Origin: a virus
Taxonomy: Duplodnaviria > Caudoviricetes
Length of the DNA: 47,753 bases
Virus record (IMG/VR): IMGVR_UViG_3300037467_000774
Coordinates: 1 to 47,753 of that record
Direction: 5' to 3' (one strand)
Shown: positions 33,797 to 42,953 of the stretch, piece by piece
How the letters are laid out: the number at the start of each line of letters is the position of its first letter
Position numbering within the stretch: the stretch's first letter is position 1
Translations under genes and position numbers: made by a program
The notes under the pieces: model-generated
The model's input: only the letters and a program-made list of their open reading frames with translations
The model's database searches: none
What the model was told of the DNA's origin: nothing

Positions 33797-35928
33797 TACT
33801 GGCCGACCATGCGGTAGTAGACCAGCAGCCGGTTCTGGTCCGTCTTGGGCTGGCCCTGCTTGTCGAGCGCGTCGTCGATCTGCTGAAGCATGGCGCTCGG
33901 GATCTGGTCGGCGTTGATCGAGAACATCGGCACGCGTTCATCGCTGGTGTTCACGCCGAGCACGTAGTGCGACAGCGTGCGCGACTTGGCGAACTGGCGG
34001 TCGATGAAGCTCTCGGTCTCGGCGTCGGTCAGCGGCCGGCCGAGGCGGCGCTGCTCGCCGGCGATGGCGCCGTTGACGATGCGCCGCACCGCGCCGACCT
34101 GCCCCGCCTTCTTGTCGTCCTTGGGGTCGATGCCGATCGCTTCGAGGCGGCTGTCGACGGCGCGGTTGATCGTCTCGTAGGACAGATTGCCGGGGTTGCC
34201 CTCCTTGCCGCCGACCGGAATCTCGCCGCGCAGCTGGCCGCGATACTTGGCGATCTCCTCGAACTTGGGGTGCCCGGCGAACTTGTCGAGGAAGTTGCTG
34301 GTGCTCGCGTTCTTGATGACCTCGGGGTGGGTGATCGCGAAATTGTAGAGCGCGTCGTCCTTTTCAGGGTCGCGCTGCTTGCCGAAGCTCCTGACCGTCG
34401 ACGCGAAGCCGAGCACGCTGCCCCACTTGTCGCCGGGGATGGCGTTGCGCAGCGAGGGCGGCAGCGCGTTGATGTCGCCACCGTTCTGGTACAGTTGCGT
34501 CATGGCGCTGCTGACCGTCTGCTCCTCGGCCTGGTCGGTCGACGCCTTGTGGACCTGCCAGCGGTGCGTGATCTCCTCGTCGACCGCCTTGATCTGGTCG
34601 TAGGACGGGTTGGGGTTCTGCTCCATCAGCAGCCGCCGCCCCGACGCGAGCGCGTCCTCGAGCGTGGCCGTCGGCGCGGAATAGGGCTGGTCGGGTTTCC
34701 CCCCGACGCGCTTCATCACGTTCGCCGCGTAGGCGCGGGTCTTTGGCCCCCACTGGTCGCGGTCGGGGCCGCCGTGGTAGTAGCACAGCGCGTCGTAGAC
34801 GTTGCCGTTGCACTTCTGCAGGGCCTCTTTCCAATAGGCCGCCGCAAGCTGCTTCTGGTAGGCGATGTCCTCGGGCTTGTGGCTGGTCAGGCGTTCGGGC
34901 TGCCACGCGATCCCGAGCCTTTTCGCCATCGCCCGCGCGGTGTCGGGCAAGGTCTGCCCCGCGCCGAGCGCGCGGCCATACTTGGTCAGCGGCCCCACGA
35001 GGTTCTTGCCGCCGCTGCTCTCCTGCTGGATCAGCGCGTCGAACGTCTTGTCGGACGCGGGCTGGTCGATGCCGGTGCCGGGAACCTGGCTGAACACCTG
35101 GTCGCCGATCGACAACGCCGTCTTGCCCATCATCTCGCGCTGAAGCGGCCCCTCGATCTTGCCCCGGTCGGGGGCGAGCATCTTGTCCTTGTAGGTGTCG
35201 AACAAGGTTTGCGCGGTGCCGGTGTCGTCGGCGTCGAGCGCGGCCTTGATCGCGCCAGTGATCGCCTCGCTGCGCGCGGTGTTCTGAAGCGCGGTGATCT
35301 CGTCGCCCGAGGTGCCGTTCAGCTTGCCGAGCTTGGCGACCGCAACGTCGAGCGTGCCGAGGCGCTGGTCGATGAACCCGGTGTCGTTGTAATTGAGCGC
35401 GATCTCCTGCCCCGCGAGCTCGGCCGAGCCCTTGACCACCGACTGCTGCCAGCCCTGGTATTGCTGGCCCTCGTACTCCTTGGCCTTGGCGTAGAAGCTC
35501 GTCGACAGTTGCGCCGCGCTCTGCCGGAATGCCTGGCGCTGCGCGTCGTTCGACAGCCCGCCCATGATGTCGGCGAGCTTCTGGTCGTACTTGCCGCGCC
35601 ATTCCTCGGCGAGCGGCTGCCCGCTCGCACGGTGCATGACGTCGCCGCCCTTGACGCTGGTGTAGCCTTCCTTGTCGTCGACCGTGAGGTTGATCGCCGC
35701 CTCGCGCGCCGCGTTCTCGGCGTCGATGACGCGCAGGTCGTTGGCCTTCTCCTGCTCGGCGGCGAAGATTTTGCCCCCGACCTCGCCCGCCTGCTGAAGC
35801 GTCTGCCCGAACCGCGCGAGCTGCCGCCCGTTCTCGGCCATGCCGCTCGTGTCGGGCGTCTGGAAGCGCTCGTCGTTGGGGCCGGTCGGGTTGACCTTGA
35901 ACCCGCCATAGTCGGGGACACCCGCCAT
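33796..35928 (-). CDS. Internal virion protein with lytic transglycosylase domain
   Basis: QESSGG...GAGQTLPDTA...ALCYYHGGP SLT-like motifs. Confidence 0.85.
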   Translation of the reverse strand: MAGVPDYGGFKVNPTGPNDERFQTPDTSGMAENGRQLARFGQTLQQAGEVGGKIFAAEQEKANDLRVIDAENAAREAAINLTVDDKEGYTSVKGGDVMHRASGQPLAEEWRGKYDQKLADIMGGLSNDAQRQAFRQSAAQLSTSFYAKAKEYEGQQYQGWQQSVVKGSAELAGQEIALNYNDTGFIDQRLGTLDVAVAKLGKLNGTSGDEITALQNTARSEAITGAIKAALDADDTGTAQTLFDTYKDKMLAPDRGKIEGPLQREMMGKTALSIGDQVFSQVPGTGIDQPASDKTFDALIQQESSGGKNLVGPLTKYGRALGAGQTLPDTARAMAKRLGIAWQPERLTSHKPEDIAYQKQLAAAYWKEALQKCNGNVYDALCYYHGGPDRDQWGPKTRAYAANVMKRVGGKPDQPYSAPTATLEDALASGRRLLMEQNPNPSYDQIKAVDEEITHRWQVHKASTDQAEEQTVSSAMTQLYQNGGDINALPPSLRNAIPGDKWGSVLGFASTVRSFGKQRDPEKDDALYNFAITHPEVIKNASTSNFLDKFAGHPKFEEIAKYRGQLRGEIPVGGKEGNPGNLSYETINRAVDSRLEAIGIDPKDDKKAGQVGAVRRIVNGAIAGEQRRLGRPLTDAETESFIDRQFAKSRTLSHYVLGVNTSDERVPMFSINADQIPSAMLQQIDDALDKQGQPKTDQNRLLVYYRMVGQ

Positions 35929-36539
35929 CAGCCGAACGTCCCGTAGCGCAGCTTGACCTGGCTGAAGTCGTAGGAGGCGTCAGGCGCGGCGAGCTTGCCG
36001 CCGCTGCCGCCCGCCTTGTCGAACATGCCGAGCTTGTCCATGCCGTACCAGTTGGACGCGATGCTCGCGGCCGAGCCGAGCAGCGAGGTCGCGCCGGTGA
36101 GGAACGGGTTGATGCCGCTCGCCGTCGCCTTGTCGATCAGCGCCTTGTTGTCGAAGTTGACCGCCTGGTCGCGGTAGCCCATCGCGGCGCGGGCGGCGTT
36201 CAATCGGATGGTCTGCGCGTCGGCCTCGCCCATATAGTCGGTCGAGACGAGGCGGTTGAGCGCCGAACCCGTCGTCATGTCAACGTTGTTCGCGCCCATC
36301 GCGGCGCGCTGAGCGCCCTTCAGCTGGCCCGTCTGAAGCCGCTGGCGGACCTCGGCCTGGTAGCCTTCACGAAGCACCTCGCGCGCACTGTCGCGGGCCT
36401 TGTCGGCGTTGATGCGCGAGAGCGTCGCGTCGAGCTTGTAGCCCATCTTCTGAACCGAAGCCGACGCGGCTGCGCCGAACGCGCTGGCGATTCCGCCCGC
36501 CGCCTGCGTTCCGAGCATCGCTGCTGCGGGGCTACACAT
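35928..36539 (-). CDS. Internal virion/ejection protein (T7 gp14-like)
   Basis: MC start, Ala/Gly-rich, QRAAMGANNVDMTTGS. Confidence 0.85.
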   Translation of the reverse strand: MCSPAAAMLGTQAAGGIASAFGAAASASVQKMGYKLDATLSRINADKARDSAREVLREGYQAEVRQRLQTGQLKGAQRAAMGANNVDMTTGSALNRLVSTDYMGEADAQTIRLNAARAAMGYRDQAVNFDNKALIDKATASGINPFLTGATSLLGSAASIASNWYGMDKLGMFDKAGGSGGKLAAPDASYDFSQVKLRYGTFG

Positions 36540-37014
36540 CGCTCTCGCCGCTCCTCAGTTCAAACCGCATGAACGGCAGCCCCGAGACCCCGTAGGGCTG
36601 CGGCTCGTCGAAGGAGCAGCCGAGCCATGCCAAGAGCCTGATGCTCGCCGTGTTGCGCACGTCCACGTAGTTCTCGAGAACCGGGTAGACGCGCGCCACT
36701 TCATCGAAATAGCGCCGCGAGACGCGCATAAGCGTACGAGGCAGCCGGTCGAGCACGTAGGTTCCGAGCATCCACGGGCAGCCGATGCCCGCCGCCATGT
36801 TGATCGGCGCGGTGCCCATGACGCAGGCGAGGCACCCCTTCGCGTCAAGCACCGTCAGGGCGTGCGTCGAGATGCGCAGCGCATGGTCGAGCGTCGCCAG
36901 CACGTCGGGGCCGTGCGAGGCGACCACCTCGTCGTGGTCCGCTTGCCGCATGAACGCCGCGAGCGCTTCCGTGTCGCCCGGCTCGGGCTCGCGAATGATG
37001 ATCCTACCCGCCAA
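36532..37014 (-). CDS. GNAT acetyltransferase-like tail assembly protein (T7 gp13-like)
   Basis: MRQAD..E, PWMLGT, LENYVDVRNTASIRLLAWLG. Confidence 0.85.
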   Translation of the reverse strand: MAGRIIIREPEPGDTEALAAFMRQADHDEVVASHGPDVLATLDHALRISTHALTVLDAKGCLACVMGTAPINMAAGIGCPWMLGTYVLDRLPRTLMRVSRRYFDEVARVYPVLENYVDVRNTASIRLLAWLGCSFDEPQPYGVSGLPFMRFELRSGESDV

Positions 37015-38797
37015 CCGAGAACTCGGGCGTGATCGACAGCAGAGTGAACGGCAGGGGCGCGTCGTGCCGGATGCAAATCCCGCCGTCGGCCGACCAGGAC
37101 GGCGACAGGCTGACCTCGATCTCGCCGGTCAGCAGGTCGGGCGCCGAGCCGTAGGGCTCGGTCGTGCGCGGCTTGTATTCGGTCATCTTGTCGAAGCTCG
37201 GCCCCGCCTTGACGTCGCGGGTCGCGAACAGGCGCAGCCACACCTTGTTGACGTTCTTCGGCCGGCCCTGCCCGTAGCCCTGCACCTCGAAAGCGGCCGG
37301 CAGCGTCTTGATGTCGCAGGTGATCCTGAGCCCGACGTGGACGACGCTCGCCGCTTCGTCGAGGTCGATTGCCCCGCCGCTGACGGTCAGGCCCTCGACC
37401 ACCCCGCCGTCGGCGAGGGCGACGACCGCTTTGCCTTCGAGATGGTCGAGGCCGGCGAAGTGGGTCGCGGGCGCGCCGTCGTAGGTCAGGCCGCAGTCGA
37501 CGAAAAAGCCGTTGGCGTCGTCGGTCGATTGCCTCGGCTCAAGCCGCTCGATGAAGCGCTCGGTGCCGTTGGCGGTCTGCCGTGCGACGACGGCGTAGAG
37601 CGCGTCGAGCCCGTTCTCAGGCACCGTGCAGATGCTCTCGAACACGCCGTCCTGCGTATCGTGCTGGTGCCAGGGGCCGACCTGCTGCTCGGGAACGTAG
37701 GTGATGCCGAGCAGCTTGCCCGACGAGGACACGCACCACACGACGGGGATCGGGGCCTTGCCGTAGGCGGTGTCGACAATGCTGAAGTCGTCGAACAGGT
37801 GCGGCGCGCGCAGGCACAAGTCGCCGGTGACGTAGCCGCCGGCGTCGTTGTTGAAGCCGAGCTCGCGCAGGTGCCCGCCGCGCGCGGCGGCGAACAGGAT
37901 ATTGTTGTTGACGATCTGCGGCGGGGCGTGGCCGCTGCCGATCGCCGACTGCGGGCGCAGGGCGACGTCGGGCGTCAGCACCTCGCCACCGGTCGGCAGC
38001 ACGCGCCATTCCATGCTCTCGGCCAGCAGCATGAGGTTTTGCATCGGGACGATGTGGCGGATCTCGCAACGCTCGCGCGCGGCGATGCGGAACCTGATGC
38101 TGTCGTCGTCGCGGCCGGGGATCGAATAAGCGAGGTTGCTCTCGGTGCCCGAGCGCGTCGCCCAAAAATAGGCCGGGTCGTTGACGGTGGCGGCGAAGCA
38201 CCGGCGCTGCTCGTAGTAGCCGACCGCGCCGGGGTAGTTGCCGGCCGAGGTGAACGGGTTGCTCTGGATCGGCGGTGTTTTCGACAGGTCGGGGGCGATG
38301 TTGTCGTCCTTGAACGACAGCTCGGTCGTCTGCCCGAGGTAGCCCCACAGCCCGTTTTCGAGCTTGTAGACGTAGTAGCGCTGCGCGCCCGGCACGGCGC
38401 TCCACGCGATCAGGTTGTAGGCCCCCGCGTCGAACAGGTTGTTGGAGCAGTTGGCGATGCCCGTCGCGCTGACGCCGCCGGTGACGTACTTCTGCGCGGT
38501 GCCGCCGCCGGTGTAGGTGCCGAACGTCGTCGAATCGAGCGTCAGCGTAACCGTGTAGTCAACCGCCCCGCCGCCCGAGATCGCAGTGACGGGGTAGTGG
38601 TTGCCGTTCACTTCGAGCATCCCGCCGACGCCGCTCAAATAGGCGTTGTCGCCGACGACGAAGTTGAGCGTCGCGCTCTTGCTGATCGTGACCACGGCCG
38701 GGTTGGCCTTGGTGATGTTGATGATCTGCTGGCCGCCGGTGCCGGTATCCGGGTCGGTGCCCCCGTCGCCGGTGCCATTGTCGTAGGGTAGCCCCAT
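37004..38797 (-). CDS. Tail tubular protein B (nozzle), C-terminal part with an N-terminal FCCH-like domain
   Basis: ITKANPAVVT, YPGAVGYYEQRRCFA, WHQHDT, GLDHLEG, VHVGL, PLPFTLL. Confidence 0.85.
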   Translation of the reverse strand: MGLPYDNGTGDGGTDPDTGTGGQQIINITKANPAVVTISKSATLNFVVGDNAYLSGVGGMLEVNGNHYPVTAISGGGAVDYTVTLTLDSTTFGTYTGGGTAQKYVTGGVSATGIANCSNNLFDAGAYNLIAWSAVPGAQRYYVYKLENGLWGYLGQTTELSFKDDNIAPDLSKTPPIQSNPFTSAGNYPGAVGYYEQRRCFAATVNDPAYFWATRSGTESNLAYSIPGRDDDSIRFRIAARERCEIRHIVPMQNLMLLAESMEWRVLPTGGEVLTPDVALRPQSAIGSGHAPPQIVNNNILFAAARGGHLRELGFNNDAGGYVTGDLCLRAPHLFDDFSIVDTAYGKAPIPVVWCVSSSGKLLGITYVPEQQVGPWHQHDTQDGVFESICTVPENGLDALYAVVARQTANGTERFIERLEPRQSTDDANGFFVDCGLTYDGAPATHFAGLDHLEGKAVVALADGGVVEGLTVSGGAIDLDEAASVVHVGLRITCDIKTLPAAFEVQGYGQGRPKNVNKVWLRLFATRDVKAGPSFDKMTEYKPRTTEPYGSAPDLLTGEIEVSLSPSWSADGGICIRHDAPLPFTLLSITPEFSVGG

Positions 38798-39414
38798 CAG
38801 GTGCCTCCCGATGCCGCGCTCTCGTCGGCGCCGTTAACGGCGGTGACGACGTAGGATTGAAGGGTCGGCGTGCCGGGCGAGGTCGTCGCCGGCTTGGCCG
38901 TGGCGCTCACGCCGGTCGGCGGGGTCAGCTTCGAGGCGAAGGATATCGGCGTGTAGGTCCAGTCGGTCGCGCCAAGCCGCTTGAGTTCGGCTGGCGGGTA
39001 GTTCTCGTGCGTCAGCGTCATCACGTCGTTCGACTGCACGAACTTGATCTGCGCGAGGTCGGCCGCCGCATAGGGGTTGGCGACCTCGTAGGGGATCGTC
39101 GGCGTCACCGGGTCCATGATCGCCGCGCCGAGCGTGAAGAAGCGGAAATAGCCCGGCCCGACCTCGATGACGACGCTCTGGTCGGACGAATAGACGAACG
39201 GGATGACACGCACGGCTGTCGTCGTCGCGGCGTTCTTGGCCTTGGCGATGAAGCGCAGGCCGCCGCGATTGGCGACCGGGCCGTGCGGCTTGACGATCGC
39301 GTTGCGGCAGGTCGCGAGGCCCGTCTGGTTCTTGATGTCGTCGAACCGCGCGAAGAACTCGGGGGTTACTTCGCCGCCGACGAAGGAGCGGGCGTAGCCG
39401 CGCGCGTTGGGCAT
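38797..39414 (-). CDS. Tail tubular protein B (nozzle), N-terminal part
   Basis: SFVGGEVTP...N.IVKPHG...RGG..F, QSNDVM.L.H..YPP. Confidence 0.82.
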   Translation of the reverse strand: MPNARGYARSFVGGEVTPEFFARFDDIKNQTGLATCRNAIVKPHGPVANRGGLRFIAKAKNAATTTAVRVIPFVYSSDQSVVIEVGPGYFRFFTLGAAIMDPVTPTIPYEVANPYAAADLAQIKFVQSNDVMTLTHENYPPAELKRLGATDWTYTPISFASKLTPPTGVSATAKPATTSPGTPTLQSYVVTAVNGADESAASGGT

Positions 39415-40028
39415 CAGGCCCTCGCCGCGATGCCGCTCGGCAGCGGGTCGATGTCCTGGCGCTGGTTGCTCGCGTCGAGCATCGCGCCGCCGCCGAGGAA
39501 CGACCGCCACACCATGAGCCAGTATTTATTGGCGTTCTGCCCGGCATCGCCCTTGAGCACCGGCCCGGCGATCATCGCCGCGAGCAGGTAGGACAGCGCG
39601 GTTACGAAGGTCGGCGTGAACTTGCTCGTGTCGTCGACCTGGCGAACGTAGACGATGTACGGGCTTTCTAGGTCGGTGAGCAGGATCTTCTGGCCGCTGT
39701 CGTCGGTCTCGGTCTCGAACTCGTAGATCGTGTCGATCTGCCGCCGTCCGCCCTCGGGGTAGAGGCGCACGACCTTGAGGCAGTCGGCGGGCAGCGCGTA
39801 GGCGTATTCGTAGCCGTCGACCGTCGCGCCGAGCGGCGCGTCGAGCATCTTCGTCACCCGCGCGAACTTCCACGCATGGGCTTCGAGGCAGGTGTCGCGG
39901 GCGATGGGATAGAAGCGCGCCAGCGCTTCGGCGTGCGGGCTGCCCTCGGGTGGGTCGAAGCTCGACACGCCGGCGTCCTCGCCGATGTGCGCGAGGGCCA
40001 GGTTCCCAATGTCGATCTCGGAAGCCAC
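39414..40028 (-). CDS. Tail tubular protein A (adaptor)
   Basis: IGNLALAHIG, HAWKFA, YALPADCL. Confidence 0.88.
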   Translation of the reverse strand: MASEIDIGNLALAHIGEDAGVSSFDPPEGSPHAEALARFYPIARDTCLEAHAWKFARVTKMLDAPLGATVDGYEYAYALPADCLKVVRLYPEGGRRQIDTIYEFETETDDSGQKILLTDLESPYIVYVRQVDDTSKFTPTFVTALSYLLAAMIAGPVLKGDAGQNANKYWLMVWRSFLGGGAMLDASNQRQDIDPLPSGIAARA

Positions 40029-40046
40029 GCCCTACCTCTCCTCAAC

Positions 40047-40076
40047 AAAAAGGGCGGCTACGATGAGCCGCCCTTT
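40047..40076 (-). terminator. Rho-independent terminator after the capsid genes
   Basis: AAAGGGCGGCT-loop-AGCCGCCCTTTTT on the - strand. Confidence 0.85.
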
Positions 40077-40099
40077 GCTTCACCTTCGGCGGCCTTTGG

Positions 40100-40309
40100 T
40101 CAGGCCAGCTGCTCGCCCTCGGCGGGAGCCTCGGGCTCGGCAGGAGCCTCGGGCTCCGCTTCAGCAGTTTCGTCGGCCTTCTTGCCGCGCTTTGGCTTGT
40201 CGAGCGGTTCGAGGTTGGCCCCGGCCTTGCCGTCGTATTCGACCTCGGCACCTTGCTCGACGAGTGTGTTGTTGATGAAAGACTGCCGAAGGACGCGATA
40301 CCGTGCCAT
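40100..40309 (-). CDS. Small virion-associated protein
   Basis: YRVLRQSFINNTL...GAEVEYDG and an acidic tail. Confidence 0.8.
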   Translation of the reverse strand: MARYRVLRQSFINNTLVEQGAEVEYDGKAGANLEPLDKPKRGKKADETAEAEPEAPAEPEAPAEGEQLA

Positions 40310-40321
40310 GTGTTACCCCCT

Positions 40322-40813
40322 CTATGCGATCGTGAAGCCAGACTTGTAGGCCGGCTGTGGGACGTCGCCGTGGCGGCGTTGGAACGCGCCGAACACCGTC
40401 CCGGCCGTGCCGGTGCCGGTCGGCACGTAGCGCATCCCGACGTAGCGGCGGACGCTGCGCGGATCGGCCGGCGGGACCGGCACCACGATCTGCGCACCTG
40501 CGCCGAGGTTGGCGACAGGAACGGCGCCCGAGGAGCCGAGCACCGTCACGTTGGTCGTCAGCGCCGCGTCGTCGGCCGACACGAACTGCACCTCGAGCGC
40601 GGTGAGGCCGGCGAACGCCGTGCCGACCTGCGTGACCAGATCCATCTCCTCGCCCTTGCCGAGGTCGATGTTCTGCCCGGTCGGCGAGGCGCCGGTGGTG
40701 TCGAAGCTGTTGGTCGACACGACCGCCGAAGCGCCAGTGACCGCCTGGTACGTGACCGCCCCGGCAGCGCTGAAGCCGCCCGAGAACACGTTGAATGCGT
40801 CGATAACTGCCAT
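40322..40813 (-). CDS. Capsid cement/decoration protein (Bbp16-like)
   Basis: Q..T....STN..D, RRYVGMRY, YKSGF; directly after the capsid gene. Confidence 0.85.
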   Translation of the reverse strand: MAVIDAFNVFSGGFSAAGAVTYQAVTGASAVVSTNSFDTTGASPTGQNIDLGKGEEMDLVTQVGTAFAGLTALEVQFVSADDAALTTNVTVLGSSGAVPVANLGAGAQIVVPVPPADPRSVRRYVGMRYVPTGTGTAGTVFGAFQRRHGDVPQPAYKSGFTIA

Positions 40814-40838
40814 TGGTCCGTTTCCTTCCTGTCAGGCG

Positions 40839-41843
40839 TCAGACGACGCGCGCCTCGGTGTTGAGCAGGGCATCCGTCTTGCGCAGCGGGATACCGTCGA
40901 AAGACGTCCAGCTGTCGCTCTGCCCGAACTGGTTGAGACCCTTCTCGGGGGTGAGGACGTTGCTCGTCTTGTTCATGGCCTGGATGCGCAGCATCGAGTG
41001 CAGCGTCCGGTTCATGTAGAACGCCGGGCGGCACATGCCGCGCGACGGCAGACGGTCGACCGCGCGGGCCATGAGCTTGATGAGGTCGGCAGCGCTCGAT
41101 TCCGCGACGAGGTTCGAGATGTCGATGTTGGCGATGCGCACGACATAGCGCCAGTCCTTGACGACCAGGCCGTTGTCCCACTGGTACAGCGACTTGACCG
41201 CGCGGTAGGTGTTGCCGTTGGCGTCGAGCACGTCGTCCTCGCCGAGGTCGCGCACGGCGAGGCCCGCCTGCGTGCCCTTCGGATAGATGCCGAACACTGT
41301 GCTCTCGCCCCAACCGACGAGCCAGATCGAGGCGTTGTCGGTGCCGGTGCCGCCCGCGTCGAGGACGTTGGCGGCGTTGCCTGCGCCCGAGATCGCGCCG
41401 TAGCGCGTCGCGAGGCCGAGGTAGGTGCGCGGATCGGTCGCCGGGTTGCCGTAGAACACGCCCTGCGCCTGCGCCTGGTTCATCGCTTCGATGAACGCCG
41501 AGTCCTCGGACAAGCGGAAGGCGTCCTTGTCCTCGGCCAGCGCATAGAGCTTGGCGTCGATGTGGCTGCGGGCTTCGAGCATACCGATCTGCTCGTCGAC
41601 CTGCGCGGTCTGCGACTTGCTGGTCGGAACGCCCTGGTTCAGCGCGCGGTAATAGACCGCAGGCAGGCCGGTGCGGATGACGACACGGTGGCCGGTCGGC
41701 AGGTTGCCGGGCACGAACGCCATGTCCTCGAGGATTTCGTTGGTCTGCGACAGAAGCTCGGCGATCGCCGGCACCTTGCCGTCGGGGTCGAGACGCTTCG
41801 CGTGATCGGCGAGGGTCAGCTGCCCGGTGGAGAGAACGGCCAT
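40839..41843 (-). CDS. Major capsid protein (Bbp17-like)
   Basis: IAELLSQTNEILED, RTGLP, VKDWRYVVRIANID, GIPLRKTDALLNTE. Confidence 0.95.
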   Translation of the reverse strand: MAVLSTGQLTLADHAKRLDPDGKVPAIAELLSQTNEILEDMAFVPGNLPTGHRVVIRTGLPAVYYRALNQGVPTSKSQTAQVDEQIGMLEARSHIDAKLYALAEDKDAFRLSEDSAFIEAMNQAQAQGVFYGNPATDPRTYLGLATRYGAISGAGNAANVLDAGGTGTDNASIWLVGWGESTVFGIYPKGTQAGLAVRDLGEDDVLDANGNTYRAVKSLYQWDNGLVVKDWRYVVRIANIDISNLVAESSAADLIKLMARAVDRLPSRGMCRPAFYMNRTLHSMLRIQAMNKTSNVLTPEKGLNQFGQSDSWTSFDGIPLRKTDALLNTEARVV

Positions 41844-41849
41844 CGTCGA

Positions 41850-42545
41850 TTACTCCTTGTCTGTGCCGTAGAGCCGCTTGGCGAGGCTGCCGTGCGGGGT
41901 GGATTGCTTGTTGCCGCTGGTGATGACCTCATCCTCGGCGACGGCCTTTCCGGCCTTCATCGCGAAGCGGATGAACTCGGGGTGGTTGCCGAGGCCGGTC
42001 TGGTTGAGAAGCTGCACGAAGGCGTCGTTGCCGAAGGCGCTTATCGCGCGCTTGGCGACGCCCAGGCTCGCATCGAGCTTGTCGCCGCCGAACTCGGTGT
42101 CCGACTTGCTCTGGTCGAGCCATTCCTGGCGGGTGGCGATGATCGCCTCGGCGTCGCGCTGGCGCATCTGCGCGCCCAACTCGACGACCCTTTGCGCCTG
42201 CTCCTGGGTAAGGTTCAGTTCCTTGGCGACGCCCTTGAACTGATCGGTGATTTCGGTGTCGAGCTCGATGCCCTCGGGCAGCGTGAACTCGGCATATTCC
42301 TCGGGCGCGCCTTCGACCTTCGGCTCGTCGTCGCCCTTCGGCGCGTCATCGTCGCCCTTGGGGGCGTCGTCATCAGCTTTCGGCGCGTCATCGTTGGCCT
42401 TGGGCTGGCCGTCGGCTTTGGGGGCGCCATCTGCCTTGGGCTGGTCGTCAGCCTTCGGCGCATCGTCCGCACCCGTCACGAGCGTCGGTTCGTCCGCAGG
42501 GGCGGGCGCCGGGTCGTTCGGGGTGTCAATCGGTGCGTCGCTCAT
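41850..42545 (-). CDS. Scaffolding protein (Bbp18-like)
   Basis: APEEY.F, AKELNLTQEQAQ, GLGNHPE, RLYG. Confidence 0.88.
   Translation of the reverse strand: MSDAPIDTPNDPAPAPADEPTLVTGADDAPKADDQPKADGAPKADGQPKANDDAPKADDDAPKGDDDAPKGDDEPKVEGAPEEYAEFTLPEGIELDTEITDQFKGVAKELNLTQEQAQRVVELGAQMRQRDAEAIIATRQEWLDQSKSDTEFGGDKLDASLGVAKRAISAFGNDAFVQLLNQTGLGNHPEFIRFAMKAGKAVAEDEVITSGNKQSTPHGSLAKRLYGTDKE
42318..42470 (-). repeat. Tandem 18-21 nt repeats encoding D(D/G)(A/Q/E)PK(A/G) about eight times
   Basis: Visible in the scaffold N-terminus. Confidence 0.8.
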
Positions 42546-42832
42546 GCTGCCTTCCCCGCGATGATCCGGGCGGTGGCCTCGGGAGCAGCTTCGATGAGCC
42601 GAGCAAGCAGCTTCAGCCCTACGTTGCGCTCCCCTTCGCGGAAGGCTGAGCCCAGGGCATCGCCAGTGAAGGTCGATGACCAGAGCCAGCTTCGCTCAAG
42701 CAGCCGCCGCGCGATGCGCCGGCCCCGAGGGTCGCCCATGAGCCACTTGAGGTCTGCATCCTCGGTGAGCCTTGCGGTTTCGGCCTCGGCCTCGTCGCGC
42801 GGCTCGTGAAGCGGCAGCTCCAAATCACTCAT
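42542..42832 (-). CDS. Bbp19-like protein
   Basis: DLKWLMGDPRGRR...AFREGERNVGL. Confidence 0.85.
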   Translation of the reverse strand: MSDLELPLHEPRDEAEAETARLTEDADLKWLMGDPRGRRIARRLLERSWLWSSTFTGDALGSAFREGERNVGLKLLARLIEAAPEATARIIAGKAA

Positions 42833-42839
42833 CGCGGGG

Positions 42840-42872
42840 AAAATATGTCGCGCGGGGCAACTTAAGCGTACG
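42840..42872 (-). promoter_or_regulatory. Putative late promoter copy 4 (CGTACGCTTAAG-N15-TATTTT)
   Basis: 12-mer at 42861-42872; ATG follows 7 nt after the -10. Confidence 0.75.
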
Positions 42873-42897
42873 GGCTTGCGTCACTTAACGTATTGCT

Positions 42898-42912
42898 ATA
42901 CGCATTGCGTAT
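42898..42912. promoter_or_regulatory. Repressor-type operator upstream of the FkbM gene
   Basis: ATACGCATTGCGTAT, identical to 10784-10798. Confidence 0.7.
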
Positions 42913-42953
42913 TGCGCGGACCTCTGCTCGGGTCTGAACAAGGGGTCAAGGAC

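Noticed and set aside
36728-36738. Fifth late promoter (ATAAGCGTACG)
   Set aside because: It is a mismatched copy inside a CDS with no YATNNT at the 15-nt spacing.
31907-42809. Long + strand ORFs (31907-33817, 33967-35946, 36785-38791, 40509-42809; also 193-1308)
   Set aside because: These are antisense shadows of GC-rich genes and have no recognisable motifs.
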